From positions 6,262,001-6,326,000 of the forward strand of contig OZ024740.1 of assembly GCA_964016885.1 (NCBI GenBank): a stretch of 64,000 nt of DNA, in the 5' to 3' direction. Below the pieces are notes generated by a model. That model saw only the letters and a list, made by a program, of their open reading frames with translations. It was not told where the DNA came from and made no database searches. Position numbers and translations under genes: made by a program. Within the stretch, counting starts at the first letter, position 1, and every line of letters starts with the position of its first letter. The DNA is from Eledone cirrhosa. Lineage: Eukaryota. This document shows positions 39,001 through 54,400 of this stretch, in pieces.

Positions 39001-42000
39001 CAAGATATATTCTATTTTGTCCAGTTATTTCACAAATACATTCTATTTTGTCCAGTTATTTCACAAGATATATTCTATTTTGTCCAGTTATTTCACAAAA
39101 TAACTTCTATTTTGTCCAGTTATTTCACAAGATATATTCTATTTTGTCCAGTTATTTCACAAGATATCTTCTATTTTGTCCAGTTATTTCACAAGATATC
39201 TTCTATTTTGTCCAGTTATTTCACAAGAAATATTCTATTTTGTCAAGTTATTTCACAAGATATCTTCTATTTTGTCCAGTTATTTCACAAGATATTTTCT
39301 ATTTTGTCCAGTTATTTCACAAGATATATTCTATTTTGTCCAGTTATTTCACAAGATATCTTCTATTTTGACCAGTTATTTCACAAGATATCTTCTATTT
39401 TGACCAGTCATTCCACAAGATATCTTCTACTTTGTCCAGTTATTTCACAAGATATCTTCTATTTTACCAGTTATTTCACAAGATATCTTCTATTTTGTCC
39501 AGTTATTTCACAAAATATATTCTATTTTGTCCAGTTATTTCACAAGATATCTACTACTTTGTCCACTCATTTCACAAGATATATTCTACTTTGTCCAGTC
39601 ATTTCACAAGATATATTCTATTTTGTCCAGTTATTTCACAAGATATATTCTACTTTGTCCAGCTACTTCTCAAGAGATCTTCTACATTGTCCAGTTATTT
39701 CACAAGATATATTCTATTTTGTCCAGTTATTTCACAAGATATCTTCTATTTTGTCCAGTTATTTCACAAGATATATTCTATTTTGTCCAGTTATTTCACA
39801 AGATATCTTCTATTTTGTCCAATCATTTTACAGGATATCTTCTACTTTGTCTTGTTATTTCACAAGATACTTTCTACTTTGTCCAGTTATTTCACAAGAT
39901 ATCTTCTATTTTCCCAGTTATTTGACAAGATATCTTCTACTTTATCCAATCATTTCATTAGATATCTTTTATTTTGTCGAGTTATTTTACAAGATATCTT
40001 CTACTTTGTACAATCATTTCACAAGATATATTCTATTTTGTCCAGTTATTTCACAAAATAACTTCTATTTTGTCCAGTTATTTCACAAGATATATTCTAT
40101 TTTGTCAGTTATTTCACAACATATATGCTACTTTGTCCAGTTATTTCACAAGAAATATTCTATGTTGTCCAGTTATTTCACAAGATATATTCTATTTTAT
40201 CCAGTTATTTCACAACATATATTCTATCTTGTCCAGTTACTTCACAAGATATATTCTAGTTTGTCCAGTTATATCACAAGATATATTCTATTTTGTCCAG
40301 TTATTACCCAAGATATGTTCTATTTTGTCCAGTTATTTCACAAGATATATTCTATTTTGTCCAGTTATTTCACAAGATATATTCTATTTTGTCAGTTATT
40401 TCACAACATATATTCTACTTTGTCCAGTTATTTCACAAGATATCCCCTAATTGTCCAGTTATTTCACAAGATATATTCTATTTTGTCCAGTCATTGCACA
40501 AGATATCTTCTAATCTGTCCAGTTATTTCACAAGATATCTTCTATTTTGACCAGTTATTTCACAAGATATATTCTATTTTGTCCAGTCATTTCACAGGAT
40601 ATATTCTACTTTGTCCAGTTATTTCACAAGATATCTTCTACATTACCCAATCATTTCACAAGATATATTCTACTTTATCCAAACATTTCACTAGATATCT
40701 TTTATTTTGTCGAGTTATTTTACAAGATATCTTCTACTTTGTACAATCATTTCACAAGATATATTCTATATTGTCCAGTTATTTCACAAGATATCTTCTA
40801 CTTGTCCAGTTATTTCACAAGATATATTCTATTTTGTCCAGTCATTCCACAAGATATCTTCTACTTTGTCCAGTTATTTCACAAGATATCTTCTATTTTC
40901 CCAGTTATTTCACAAGATATCTTCTCTTTTGTCCAGTTATTTCACAAGATATCTTCTTTTTTGTCCAATCATTTCACAAGATATATTCTATTTTGTCCAG
41001 TTATTTCACAAGATATCTTCGATATTGTCCAGTCATTTCGCAAGATATCTTCTACTTTGTCTTGTTATTTCACAAGATGTCTACTACTTTACCCAATCAT
41101 TTCACTAGATATCTTTCATTTTGTCCAGTTATTTTACAAGATATCTTCTACTTTGTACAATCATTTCACAACATATATTCTATTTTGTCCAGTTATTTCA
41201 CATGATATCTTCTACTTTGTCCTGTTATTTCACAAGATATATTCTTTTTTGTCCAGTTATTTCACAAGATATCACCTACTCGTCCAGTTATTTCACAAGA
41301 TATATTCTATTTTGTCCAGTCATTCCACAAGATATCTTCTACTCTGTCCAGTTATTTCACAAGATATCTTCTACTTTGTCCAGTTGTGTCACAAGATATC
41401 ACCTACTCGTCCAGTTATTTCACAAGATATATTCTATTTTATCCAGTCATTTCACAAGATATATTCTATTTTATACAGTTATTTCACAACATATATTGTA
41501 ATTTGTCCAGTTACTTCACAAGATATATTCTATTTTGTCCAGTCATTCCACAAGATATATTCTTTTTTGTCCAGTTATTTCACAAGATATCACCTACTCG
41601 TCCAGTTATTTCACAAGATATATTCTATTTTATCCAGTCATTTCACAAGATATATTCTATTTTGTACAGTTATTTCACAACATATATTGTAATTTGTCCA
41701 GTTACTTCACAAGATATATTCTATTTTGTCCAGTTATTTCACAAATATATTCTACTTTGTCCAGTCATTTCACAAGATATATTCTATTTTAGCCAGTTAT
41801 TTCACAAGATATATTCTATTTTATCCAGTCATTCCACAAGATATCTTCTACTTTGTCCAGTTATTTCACAAGATATATTCTATTTTGTCAGTTATTTCAC
41901 AACATATATTCTACTTTGTCCAGTTATTTCACAAGATATCCCCTACTTGTCCAGTTATTTCACAAGATATATTCTATTTTGTCCAGTCATTGCACAAGAT

Positions 42001-45000
42001 ATATTCTACTTTGTCCAGTTATTTCACAAGATATCTTCTACTTTACCCAATCATTTCACAAGATATATTCTACTTTGTTCAGTCATTTCATAAGATATAT
42101 TCTATTTTATCCAGTTATTTCACAAGATATCTTCTATATTGACCAGTTATGTCACAACATATATTCTAATTTGTCTGGTTATTTCACAAGATATATTCTA
42201 TTTTGTCCAGTTATTTCACAAGATATCTTCTATTTTGTCATGTTATTTCACAAGATATCTTCTATTTTGTCCAGTTATTTCACAAGATATCTTCTACTTT
42301 GTCCAGTTGTTTCACAAGATGTATTCTATTTTATCCAGTCATTTCACAAGATATATTCTATTTTGTACAGTTATTTCACAACATATAATGTAATTTGTCC
42401 AGGTACTTCACAAGATATATTCTATTTTGTCCAGTTACTTCACAAATATATTCTATTTTGTCCAGTTATTTCACAAGATATATTCTATTTTGTCAGTTAT
42501 TTCACAACATATATTCTACTTTGTCCAGTTATTTCACAAGATATATTCTAGTTTGTCCAGTTATATCACAAGATATGTTCTATTTTGTCCAGTTATTACC
42601 CAAGATATGTTCTATTTTGTCCAGTTATTTCACAAGATATATTCTATTTTGTCCAGTTATTTCACAAGATATCTTCTATTTTGTCCAGTTATTTCACAAG
42701 ATATCTTCTATTTTGTCCAGTTATTTCACAAGAAATATTCTATTTTGTCAAGTTATTTCACAAGATATCTTCTATTTTGTCCAGTTATTTCACAAGATAT
42801 ATTCTATTTTGTCCAGTTATTTCACAAGATATATTCTATTTTGTCCAGTTATTTCACAAGATATCTTCTATTTTGACCAGTTATTTCACAAGATATCTTC
42901 TATTTTGACCAGTCATTCCACAAGATATCTTCTACTTTGTCCAGTTATTTCACAAGATATCTTCTATTTTCCCAGTTATTTCACAAGATATCTTCTCTTT
43001 TGTCCAGTTATTTCACAAGATATCTTCTTTTTTGTCCAATCATTTCACAAGATATATTCTATTTTGTCCAGTTATTTCACAAGATATCTTCGATATTGTC
43101 CAGTCATTTCGCAAGATATCTTCTACTTTGTCTTGTTATTTCACAAGATGTCTACTACTTTACACAATCATTTCACTAGATATCTTTTATTTTGTCCAGT
43201 TATTTTACAAGATATCTTCTACTTTGTACAATCATTTCACAAGATATATTCTATTTTGTCCAGTTATTTCACATGATATCTTCTACTTTGTCCTGTTATT
43301 TCACAAGATATATTCTATTTTGTCCAGTTATTTCACAAGATATCTCCTACTCGTCCAGTTATTTCACAAGATATATTCTATTTTGTCCAGTCATTCCACA
43401 AGATATCTTCTACTCTGTCCAGTTATTTCACAAGATATCTTCTACTTTGTCCAGTTATTTCACAAGATATCTTCTATTTTGTCGAGTTATTTCACAAGAT
43501 ATCTTCTATTTTGTCCAGTTATTTCACAAGAAATATTCTATTTTGTCAAGTTATTTCACAAGATATCTTCTATTTTGTTCAGTTATTTCACAAGATATAT
43601 TCTATTTTGTCCAGTTATTTCACAAGATATATTCTGTTTTGTCCAGTTATTTCACAAGATATCTTCTATTTTGACCAGTTATTTCACAAGATATCTTCTA
43701 TTTTGACCAGTCATTCCACAAGATATCTTCTACTTTGTCCAGTTATTTCACAAGATATCTTCTATTTTCCCAGTTATTTCACAAGATATCTTCTATTTTG
43801 TCCAGTTATTTCACAAAATATGTTCTATTTTGTCCAGTTATTTCACAAGATATCTTCTACTTTGTCCAGTCATTTCACAAGATATATTCTACTTTGTCCA
43901 GTCATTTCACAAGATATATTCTATTTTGTTCAGTTATTTCACAAGATATATTCTACTTTGTCCAGCTACTTCTCAAGATATCTTCTTCATTGTCCAGTTA
44001 TTTCACAAGATATATTCTATTTTGTCCAGTTATTTCACAAGATATCTTCTATTTTGTCCAGTTATTTCACAAGATATATTCTATTTTGTCCAGTTATTTC
44101 ACAAGATATCTTCTATTTTGTCCAATCATTTTACAGGATATCTTCTACTTTGTCTTGTTATTTCACAAGATATTTTCTACTTTGTCCAGTTATTTCACAA
44201 CATATCTTCTATTTTGTCCAGTCATTTCACAAGATATATTCTATTTTGTCCAGTTATTTCACAAGATATTTTCTACTTTGTCCAGTTATTTCACAAGATA
44301 TCTTCTATTTTCCCAGTTATTTGACAAGATATCTTCTACTTTATCCAATCATTTCATTAGATATCTTTTATTTTGTCGAGTTATTTTACAAGATATCTTC
44401 TACTTTGTACAATCATTTCACAAGATATATTCTATTTTGTCCAGTTATTTCACAAAATAACTTCTATTTTGTCCAGTTATTTCACGAGATTTATTCTATT
44501 TTGTCAGTTATATCACAAGATATATTCTATTTTGTCCAGTCATTGCACGAGATATCTTCTAATCTGTCCAGTTATTTCACAAGATATCTTCTATTTTGAC
44601 CAGTTATTTCACAAGATATATTCTATTTAGTCCAGTCATTTCACAAGATATATTCTACTTTGTCCAGTTATTTCACAAGATATCTTCTACATTACCCAAT
44701 CATTTCACAAGATATATTCTACTTTATCCAAACATTTCACTAGATATCTTTTATTTTGTCGAGTTATTTTACAAGATATCTTCTACTTTGTACAATCATT
44801 TCACAAGTTATATTCTATATTGTCCAGTTATTTCACAAGATATCTTCTACTTGTCCAGTTATTTCACAAGATATATTCTATTTTGTCCAGTCATTCCACA
44901 AGATATCTTCTACTTTGTCCAGTTATTTCACAAGATATCTTCTATTTTCCCAGTTATTTCACAAGATATCTTCTCTTTTGTCCAGTTATTTCACAAGATA

Positions 45001-48000
45001 TCTTCTTTTTTGTCCAATCATTTCACAAGATATATTCTATTTTGTCCAGTTATTTCACAAGATATCTTCGATATTGTCCAGTCATTTCGCAAGATATCTT
45101 CTACTTTGTCTTGTTATTTCACAAGATGTCTACTACTTTACACAATCATTTCACTAGATATCTTTTATTTTGTCCAGTTATTTTACAAGATATCTTCTAC
45201 TTTGTACAATCATTTCACAAGATATATTCTATTTTGTCCAGTTATTTCACATGATATCTTCTACTTTGTCCTGTTATTTCACAAGATATATTCTTTTTTG
45301 TCCAGTTATTTCACAAGATATCTCCTACTAGTCCAGTTATTTCACAAGATATATTCTATTTTGTCCAGTCATTCCACAAGATATCTTCTACTCTGTCCAG
45401 TTATTTCACAAGATATCTTCTACTTTGTCCAGTTGTTTCACAAGATTTTTTCTATTTTATCCAGTCATTTCACAAGATATATTCTATTTTGTACAGTTAT
45501 TTCACAACATATATTCTATTTTGTCCAGTTATTACACAAATATATTCTACTTTGTCCAGTCATTTCACAAGATATATTCTATTTTATACAGTTATTACAC
45601 AAGATATCTTCTACATTGTCCAGTTTTTTCACAAGATATCTTCTACTTTGTCCAATCATTTCACAAGATATATTCTATTTTAGCCAGTTATTTCACAAGA
45701 TATATTCTATTTTGTCCAGTCATACCACAAGATATCTTCTACTTTGTCCAGTTATTTCACAAGATATATTCTATTTTGTCAGTTATTTCACAACATATAT
45801 TCTACTTTGTCCAGTTATTTCACAAGATATCCCCTACTTGTCCAGTTATTTCACAAGATATATTCTATTTTGTCCAGTCATTGCACAAGATATCTTCTAC
45901 TCTGTCCAGTTATTTCACAAGATATCTTCTATTTTGACCAGTTATTTCACAAGATATATTCTATTTTGTCCAGTCATTTCACAAGATATATTCTACTTTG
46001 TCCCGTTATTTCACAAGATATCTTCTACTTTACCCAATCATTTCACAAGATATATTCTATTTTGTTCAGTCATTTCACAAGATATATTCTATTTTGTCCA
46101 GTTATTTCACAAGATATCTTCTATTTTGTCATGTTATTTCACAAGATATCTTCTATTTTGTCCAGTTATTTCACAAGATATCTTCTACTTTGTCCAGTTG
46201 TTTCACAAGATGTATTCTATTTTATCCAGTCATTTCACAAGATATATTCTATTTTGTACAGTTATTTCACAACATATAATGTAATTTGTCCAGTTACTTC
46301 ACAAGATATATTCTATTTTGTCCAGTTATTTCACAAATATATTCTACTTTGTCCAGTCATTTCACACGATATATTCTATTTTATACAGTTATTACACAAG
46401 ATATCTTCTACATTGTCCAGTTTTTTCACAAGATATCTTCTACTTTGTCCAATCATTTCACAAGATATATTCTATTTTAGCCAGTTATTTCACAAGATAA
46501 CTTCTATTTTGTCCAGTTATTTCACAAGATATATTCTATTTTGTCCAGTTATTTCACAAGATATATTCTATTTTGTCCAGTTATTTCACAAGATATCTTC
46601 TATTTTGACCAGTTATTTCACAAGATATCTTCTATTTTGACCAGTCATTCCACAAGATATCTTCTACTTTGTCCAGTTATTTCACAAGATATCTTCTATT
46701 TTCCCAGTTATTTCACAAGATATATTCTATTTTGTCCAGTTATTTCACAAAATATATTCTATTTTGTCCAGTTATTTCACAAGATATCTTCTACTTTGTC
46801 CAGTCATTTCACAAGATATATTCTACTTTGTCCAGTCATTTCACAAGATATATTCTATTTTGTCCAGTTATTTCACAAGTTATATTCTACTTTGTCCAGC
46901 TACTTCTCAAGATATCTTCTACATTGTCCAGTTATTTCACAAGATATATTCTATTTTGTCCAGTTATTTCACAAGATATCTTCTATTTTGTCCAGTTATT
47001 TCACATGATATATTCTATTTTGTCCAGTTATTTCACAAGATATCTTCTATTTTGTCCAATCATTTTACAGGATATCTTCTACTTTGTCTTGTTATTTCAC
47101 AAGATATTTTCTACTTTGTCCAGTTATTTCACAACATATCTTCTATTTTCCCAGTTATTTCACAAGATATCTTCTCCTTTGTCCAGTTATTTCACAAGAT
47201 ATCTTCTACTTTGTCCAATCATTTTGCAAGATATATTCTATCTTGTCCAGTTATTTCACAACATATATTCTACTTTGTCCAGTTATTTCACAAGATATAT
47301 TCTATGTTGTCCAGTCATTTCATAAGATATATACTATTTCGTCCATTTATTTCACAAATATATTCTACTTTGTCCAGTCATTTCACAAGATATATTCTAT
47401 TTTGTCCAGTTATTTCACAAAATATCTTCTACTTTGTCCAGTCATTTCACAAGATATATTCTACTTTGTCCAGTCATTTCACAAGATACATTCTATTTTG
47501 TCCAGTTATTTCACAAGATATATTCTACTTTGTCCAGCTACTTCTCAAGATATCTTCTACATTGTCCAGTTATTTCACAATATATCTTCTACTTTGTACA
47601 ATCATTTCACAAGATATATTCTATATTGTCCAGTTATTTCACAAGATATCTTCTACTTGTCCAGTTATTTCACAAGATATATTCTATTTTGTCCAGTCAT
47701 TCCACAAGATATCTTCTACTTTGTCCAGTTATTTCACAAGATATCTTCTATTTTCCCAGTTATTTCACAAGATATCTTCTATTTTGTCCAGTTATTTCAC
47801 AAGATATATTCTATTTTGTCCAGTTATTTCACAAGATATATTCTATTTTGTCCAGTTATTTCACAAGATATCTTCTATTTTGACCAGTTATTTCATAAGA
47901 TATCTTCTATTTTGACCAGTCATTCCACAAGATATCTTCTACTTTGTCCAGTTATTTCACAAGATATCTTCTATTTTCCCAGTTATTTCACAAGATATAT

Positions 48001-51000
48001 TCTATTTTGTCCAGTTATTTCACAAAATATATTCTATTTTGTCCAGTTATTTCACAAGATATCTTCTACTTTGTCCAGTCATTTCACAAGATATATTCTA
48101 CTTTGTCCAGTCATTTCACAAGATATATTCTATTTTGTCCAGTTATTTCACAAGTTATATTCTACTTTGTCCAGCTACTTCTCAAGATATCTTCTACATT
48201 GTCCAGTTATTTCACAAGATATATTCTATTTTGTCCAGTTATTTCACAAGATATCTTCTATTTTGTCCAGTTATTTCACATGATATATTCTATTTTGTCC
48301 AGTTATTTCACAAGATATCTTCTATTTTGTCCAATCATTTTACAGGATATCTTCTACTTTGTCTTGTTATTTCACAAGATATTTTCTACTTTGTCCAGTT
48401 ATTTCACAACATATCTTCTATTTTCCCAGTTATTTCACAAGATATCTTCTCCTTTGTCCAGTTATTTCACAAGATATCTTCTACTTTGTCCAATCATTTT
48501 GCAAGATATATTCTATCTTGTCCAGTTATTTCACAACATATATTCTACTTTGTCCAGTTATTTCACAAGATATATTCTATGTTGTCCAGTCATTTCACAA
48601 GATATATACTATTTCGTCCATTTATTTCACAAATATATTCTACTTTGTCCAGTCATTTCACAAGATATATTCTATTTTGTCCAGTTATTTCACAAAATAT
48701 CTTCTACTTTGTCCAGTCATTTCACAAGATATATTCTACTTTGTCCAGTCATTTCACAAGATACATTCTATTTTGTCCAGTTATTTCACAAGATATATTC
48801 TACTTTGTCCAGCTACTTCTCAAGATATCTTCTACATTGTCCAGTTATTTCACAATATATCTTCTACTTTGTACAATCATTTCACAAGATATATTCTATA
48901 TTGTCCAGTTATTTCACAAGATACCTTCTACTTGTCCAGTTATTTCACAAGATATATTCTATTTTGTCCAGTCATTCCACAAGATATCTTCTACTTTGTC
49001 CAGTTATTTCACAAGATATCTTCTATTTTCCCAGTTATTTCACAAGATATCTTCTCTTTTGTCCAGTTATTTCACAAGATATCTTCTACTTGTCCAATCA
49101 TTTTACAAGATATATTCTATCATATCCAGTTATTTCACAACATATATTCTACTTTGTCCAGTTATTTCACAAGATATATTCTATGTTGTCCAGTTATTTC
49201 ACAAGATATATACTATTTCGTCCATTTATTTCACAAGATATCTTCTATTTTGTCCAGTTATTTCACAAGATATATTCTATTTTGTCCAGTTATTTCACAA
49301 GATATATTCTACTTTGTCCAGTTATTTCACAAGATATCTTCTATTTTCCCAGTTATTTCACAAGATATCTTCTATTTTGTCCACTTATTTCACAAGATAT
49401 ATTCTATTTTGTCCAGTTATTTCACAAGATATCTTCTACTTTGTCCATTCATTTCACAAGATATATTCTACTTTGTCCAGTCATTTCACAAGATATATTC
49501 TATTTTATCCAGTTATTTCACAAGATATATTCTATGTTGTCCAGTTATTTCACAAGATATCTCCTACTTCTCCAGTTATTTCACAAGATATATTCTACTT
49601 TGTCCAGTTATCTCACAAGATATATTCTATGTTGTCCAGTCATTTCACAAGAAATATTCTATTTTGTCCAGTTATTTCACAAGATATCTTCTATTTTGTC
49701 CAGTTATTTCACAAGATATATTCTATTTTGTCCAGTTATTTCACAAGATATATTCTACTTTGTCCAGTTATTTCACAAGATATCTTCTATTTTCCCAGTT
49801 ATTTCACAAGATATCTTCTATTTTGTCCAGTTATTTCACAAGATATATTCTACTTTGTCCAGCTACTTCTCAAGATATCTTCTACATTGTCCAGTTATTT
49901 CACAAGATATATTCTATTTTGTCCAGGTTTTTCACAAGATATCTTCTATTTTGTCCAATCATTTTACAGGATATCTTCTACTTTGTCTTGTTATTTCACA
50001 AGATATTTTCTACTTTGTCCAGTTATTTCACAACATATCTTCTATTTTGTCCAGTCATTTCACATGATATATTCTATTTTGTCCAGTTATTTCACAAGAT
50101 ATTTTCTACTTTGTCCAGTTATTTCACAAGATATCTTCTACTTTGTCCAGTTATTTCACAAGATATCTTCTATTTTCCCAGTTATTTCACAAGATATCTT
50201 CTATTTTCCTAATTATTTCACAAGATATCTTCTACTTTATCCAAACATTTCACTTGATATCTTTTATTTTGTCGAGTTATTTTACAAGATATCTTCTACT
50301 TTGTACAATCATTTCACAAGATATATTCTATATTGTCCAGTTATTTCACAAGATATCTTCTACTTGTCCAGTTATTTCACAAGATATATTCTATTTTGTC
50401 CAGTCATTCCACAAGATATCTTCTACTTTGTCCAGTTATTTCACAAGATATCTTCTATTTTCCCAGTTATTTCACAAGATATCTTCTCTTTTGTCCAGTT
50501 ATTTCACAAGATATCTTCTATATTGTCCAGTTATTTCTCAAGATATATTCTGCTTTGTCCAGTCATTTCACAAGATATATTCTAATTTGTCCAATTATTT
50601 CACAAGATATCTTCTACTTTGTCCAGTCATTTCACAAGATATATTCTAATTTGTCCAGTTATTTCACAAATATATTCTACTTTGTCCAGTCATTTCACAA
50701 GATATATTCTATTTTATACAGTTATTACACAAGATATCTTCTACATTGTCCAGTTTTTTCACAAGATATCTTCTACTTTGTCCAATCATTTCACAAGATA
50801 TATTCTATTTTAGCCAGTTATTTCACAAGATATCTTCTATTTTGTCCAGTTATTTCACAAGATATCTTCTATTTTGTCCAGTTATTTCACAAGATATATT
50901 CTATTTTGTCCAGTCATTCCACAAGATATCTTCTACTTTGTCCAGTTATTTCACAAGATATATTCTATTTTGTCAGTTATTTCACAACATATATTCTACT

Positions 51001-51455
51001 TTGTCCAGTTATTTCACAAGATATCCCCTACTTGTCCAGTTATTTCACAAGATATATTCTATTTTGTCCAGTCATTGCACAAGATATCTTCTAATCTGTC
51101 CAGTTATTTCACAAGATATCCTCTATTTTGACCAGTTATTTCACAAGATATATTCTATTTTGTCCAGTCATTTCACAAGATATATTCTACTTTGTCCAGT
51201 TATTTCACAAGATATCTTCTACATTACCCAATCATTTCACATGATATATTCTACTTTATCCAAACATTTCACTAGATATCTTTTATTTTGTCCAGTTATT
51301 TTACAAGATATCTTCTACTTTGTACAATCATTTCACAAGATATATTCTATTTTGTCCAGTTATTTCACATGATATCTTCTACTTTGTCCTGTTATTTCAC
51401 AAGATATATTCTATTTTGTCCAGTCATTCCACAAGATATCTTCTACTCTGTCCAG

Positions 51456-54400
51456 TTATTTCACAAGATATATTCTAATTTTTCCAGTTATTTCTCAAGA
51501 TATATTCTACTTTGTCCAGTCATTTCACAAGATATATTCTACTTTGTCCAATTATTTCACAAGATATCTTCTAGTTTGTCCAGTCATTTCACAAGATATA
51601 TTCTATTTTGTCCAGTTATTTCACAAATATATTCTACTTTGTCCAGTCATTTCACAAGATATATTCTATTTTATACAGTTATTACACAAGATATCTTCTA
51701 CATTGTCCAGTTTTTTCACAAGATATCTTCTACTTTGTCCAATCATTTCACAAGATATATTCTATTTTAGCCAGTTATTTCACAAGATATCTTCTATTTT
51801 GTCCAGTTATTTCACAAGATATCTTCTATTTTGTCCAGTTATATCACAAGATATATTCTATTTTGTCCAGTCATTCCACAAGATATCTTCTAGTTTGTCC
51901 AGTTATTTCACAAGATATATTCTATTTTGTCAGTTATTTCACAACATATATTCTACTTTGGCCAGTTATTTCACAAGATATCCCCTACTTGTCCAGTTAT
52001 TTCACTAGATATCTTTTATTTTGTCCAGTTATTTTACAAGATATCTTCTACTTTGTACAATCATTTCACAAGATATATTCTATATTGTCCAGTTATTTCA
52101 CAAGATATCTTCTACTTGTCCAGTTATTTCACAAGATATATTCTATTTTGTCCAGTCATTCCACAAGATATCTTCTACTTTGTCCAGTTATTTCACAAGA
52201 TATCTTCTATTTTCCCAGTTATTTCACAAGATATCTTCTCTTTTGTCCAGTTATTTCACAAGATATCTTCTATATTGTCCAGTTATTTCTCAAGATATAT
52301 TCTGCTTTGTCCAGTCATTTCGCAAGATATATTCTACTTTGTCCAATTATTTCACAAGATATCTTCTACTTTGTCCAGTCATTTCACAAGATATATTCTA
52401 ATTTGTCCAGTTATTTCACAAATATATTCTACTTTGTCCAGTCATTTCACAAGATATATTCTATTTTATACAGTTATTACACAAGATATCTTCTACATTG
52501 TCCAGTTATTTCACAAGATATCTTCTACTTTGTCCAATCATTTCACAAGATATATTCTATTTTGTCAGTTATTTCACAACATATATTCTACTTTGGCTAG
52601 TTATTTCACAAGATATCCCCTACTTGTCCAGTTATTTCACAAGATATATTCTATTTTGTCCAGTCATTGCACAAGATATCTTCTAATCTGTCCAGTTATT
52701 TCACAAGATATCTTCTATTTTGACCAGTTATTTCACAAGATATATTCTATTTTGTCCAGTCATTTCACAAGATATATTCTACTTTGTCCAGTTATTTCAC
52801 AAGATATCTTCTACATTACCCAATCATTTCACAAGATATATTCTACTTTATCCAAACATTTCACTAGATATCTTTTATTTTGTCGAGTTATTTTACAAGA
52901 TATCTTCTACTTTGTACAATCATTTCACAAGATATATTCTATATTGTCCAGTTATTTCACAAGATATCTTCTACTTGTCCAGTTATTTCACAAGATATAT
53001 TCTATTTTGTCCAGTCATTCCACAAGATATCTTCTACTTTGTCCAGTTATTTCACAAGATATCTTCTATTTTCCCAGTTATTTCACAAGATATCTTCTCT
53101 TTTGTCCAGTTATTTCACAAGATATCTACGATATTGTCCAGTCATTTCGCAAGATATCTTCTATTTTGTCTTGTTATTTCACAAGATGTCTACTACTTTA
53201 CCCAATCATTTCACTAGATATCTTTTATTTTGTCCAGTTATTTTACAAGATATCTTCTACTTTGTACAATCATTTCACAAGATATATTCTATTTTGTCCA
53301 GTTCTTTCACATGATATCTTCTACTTTGTCCTGTTATTTCACAAGATATATTCTATTTTGTCCAGTTATTTCACAAGATATCTCCTAATTGTCCAGTTAT
53401 TTCACAAGATATATTCTAGTTTGTCCGGTCATTCCACAAGATATCTTCTACTCTGTCCAGTTATTTGACAAGATATCTTCTACTTTGTCCAGTTGTTTCA
53501 CAAGATTTTTTCTATTTTATCCAGTCATTCACAAGATATATTCTATTTTGTACAGTTATTTCACAACATATATTGTAATTTGTCCAGTTACTTCACAAGA
53601 TATATTCTATTTTGTCCAGTTATTTCACAAATATATTCTACTTTGTCCAGTCATTTCACAAGATATATTCTATTTTATACAGTTATTACACAAGATATCT
53701 TCTACATTGTCCAGTTTTTTCACAAGATATCTTCTACTTTGTCCAATCATTTCACAAGATATATTCTATTTTAGCCAGTTATTTCACAAGTTATATTCTA
53801 TTTTGTCAGTTATTTCACAACATATATTCTACTTTGTCCAGTTATTTCACAAGATATCCCCTACTTGTCCAGTTATTTCACAAGATATATTCTATTTTGT
53901 CCAATCATTGCACAAGATATCTTCTACTCTGTCCAGTTATTTCACAAGATATCTTCTATTTTGACCAGTTATTTCACAAGATATATTCTATTTTGTCCAG
54001 TCATTTCACTAGATATATTCTACTTTGTCCAGTTATTTCACAAGATATCTTCTACTTTACCCAATCATTTCACAAGATATATTCTATTTTGTTCAGTCAT
54101 TTCACAAGATATATTCTATTTTATCCAGTTATTTCACAAGATATCTTCTACATTGACCAGTTATGTCACAACATATATTCTAATTTGTCTGGTTATTTCA
54201 CAAGATATATTCTATTTTGTCCAGTTATTTCACAAGATATCTTCTATTTTGTCATGTTATTTCACAAGATATCTTCTATTTTGTCCAGTTATTTCACAAG
54301 ATATCTTCTACTTTGTCCAGTTGTTTCACAAGATGTATTCTATTTTATCCAGTCATTTCACAAGATATATTCTATTTTGTACAGTTATTTCACAACATAT

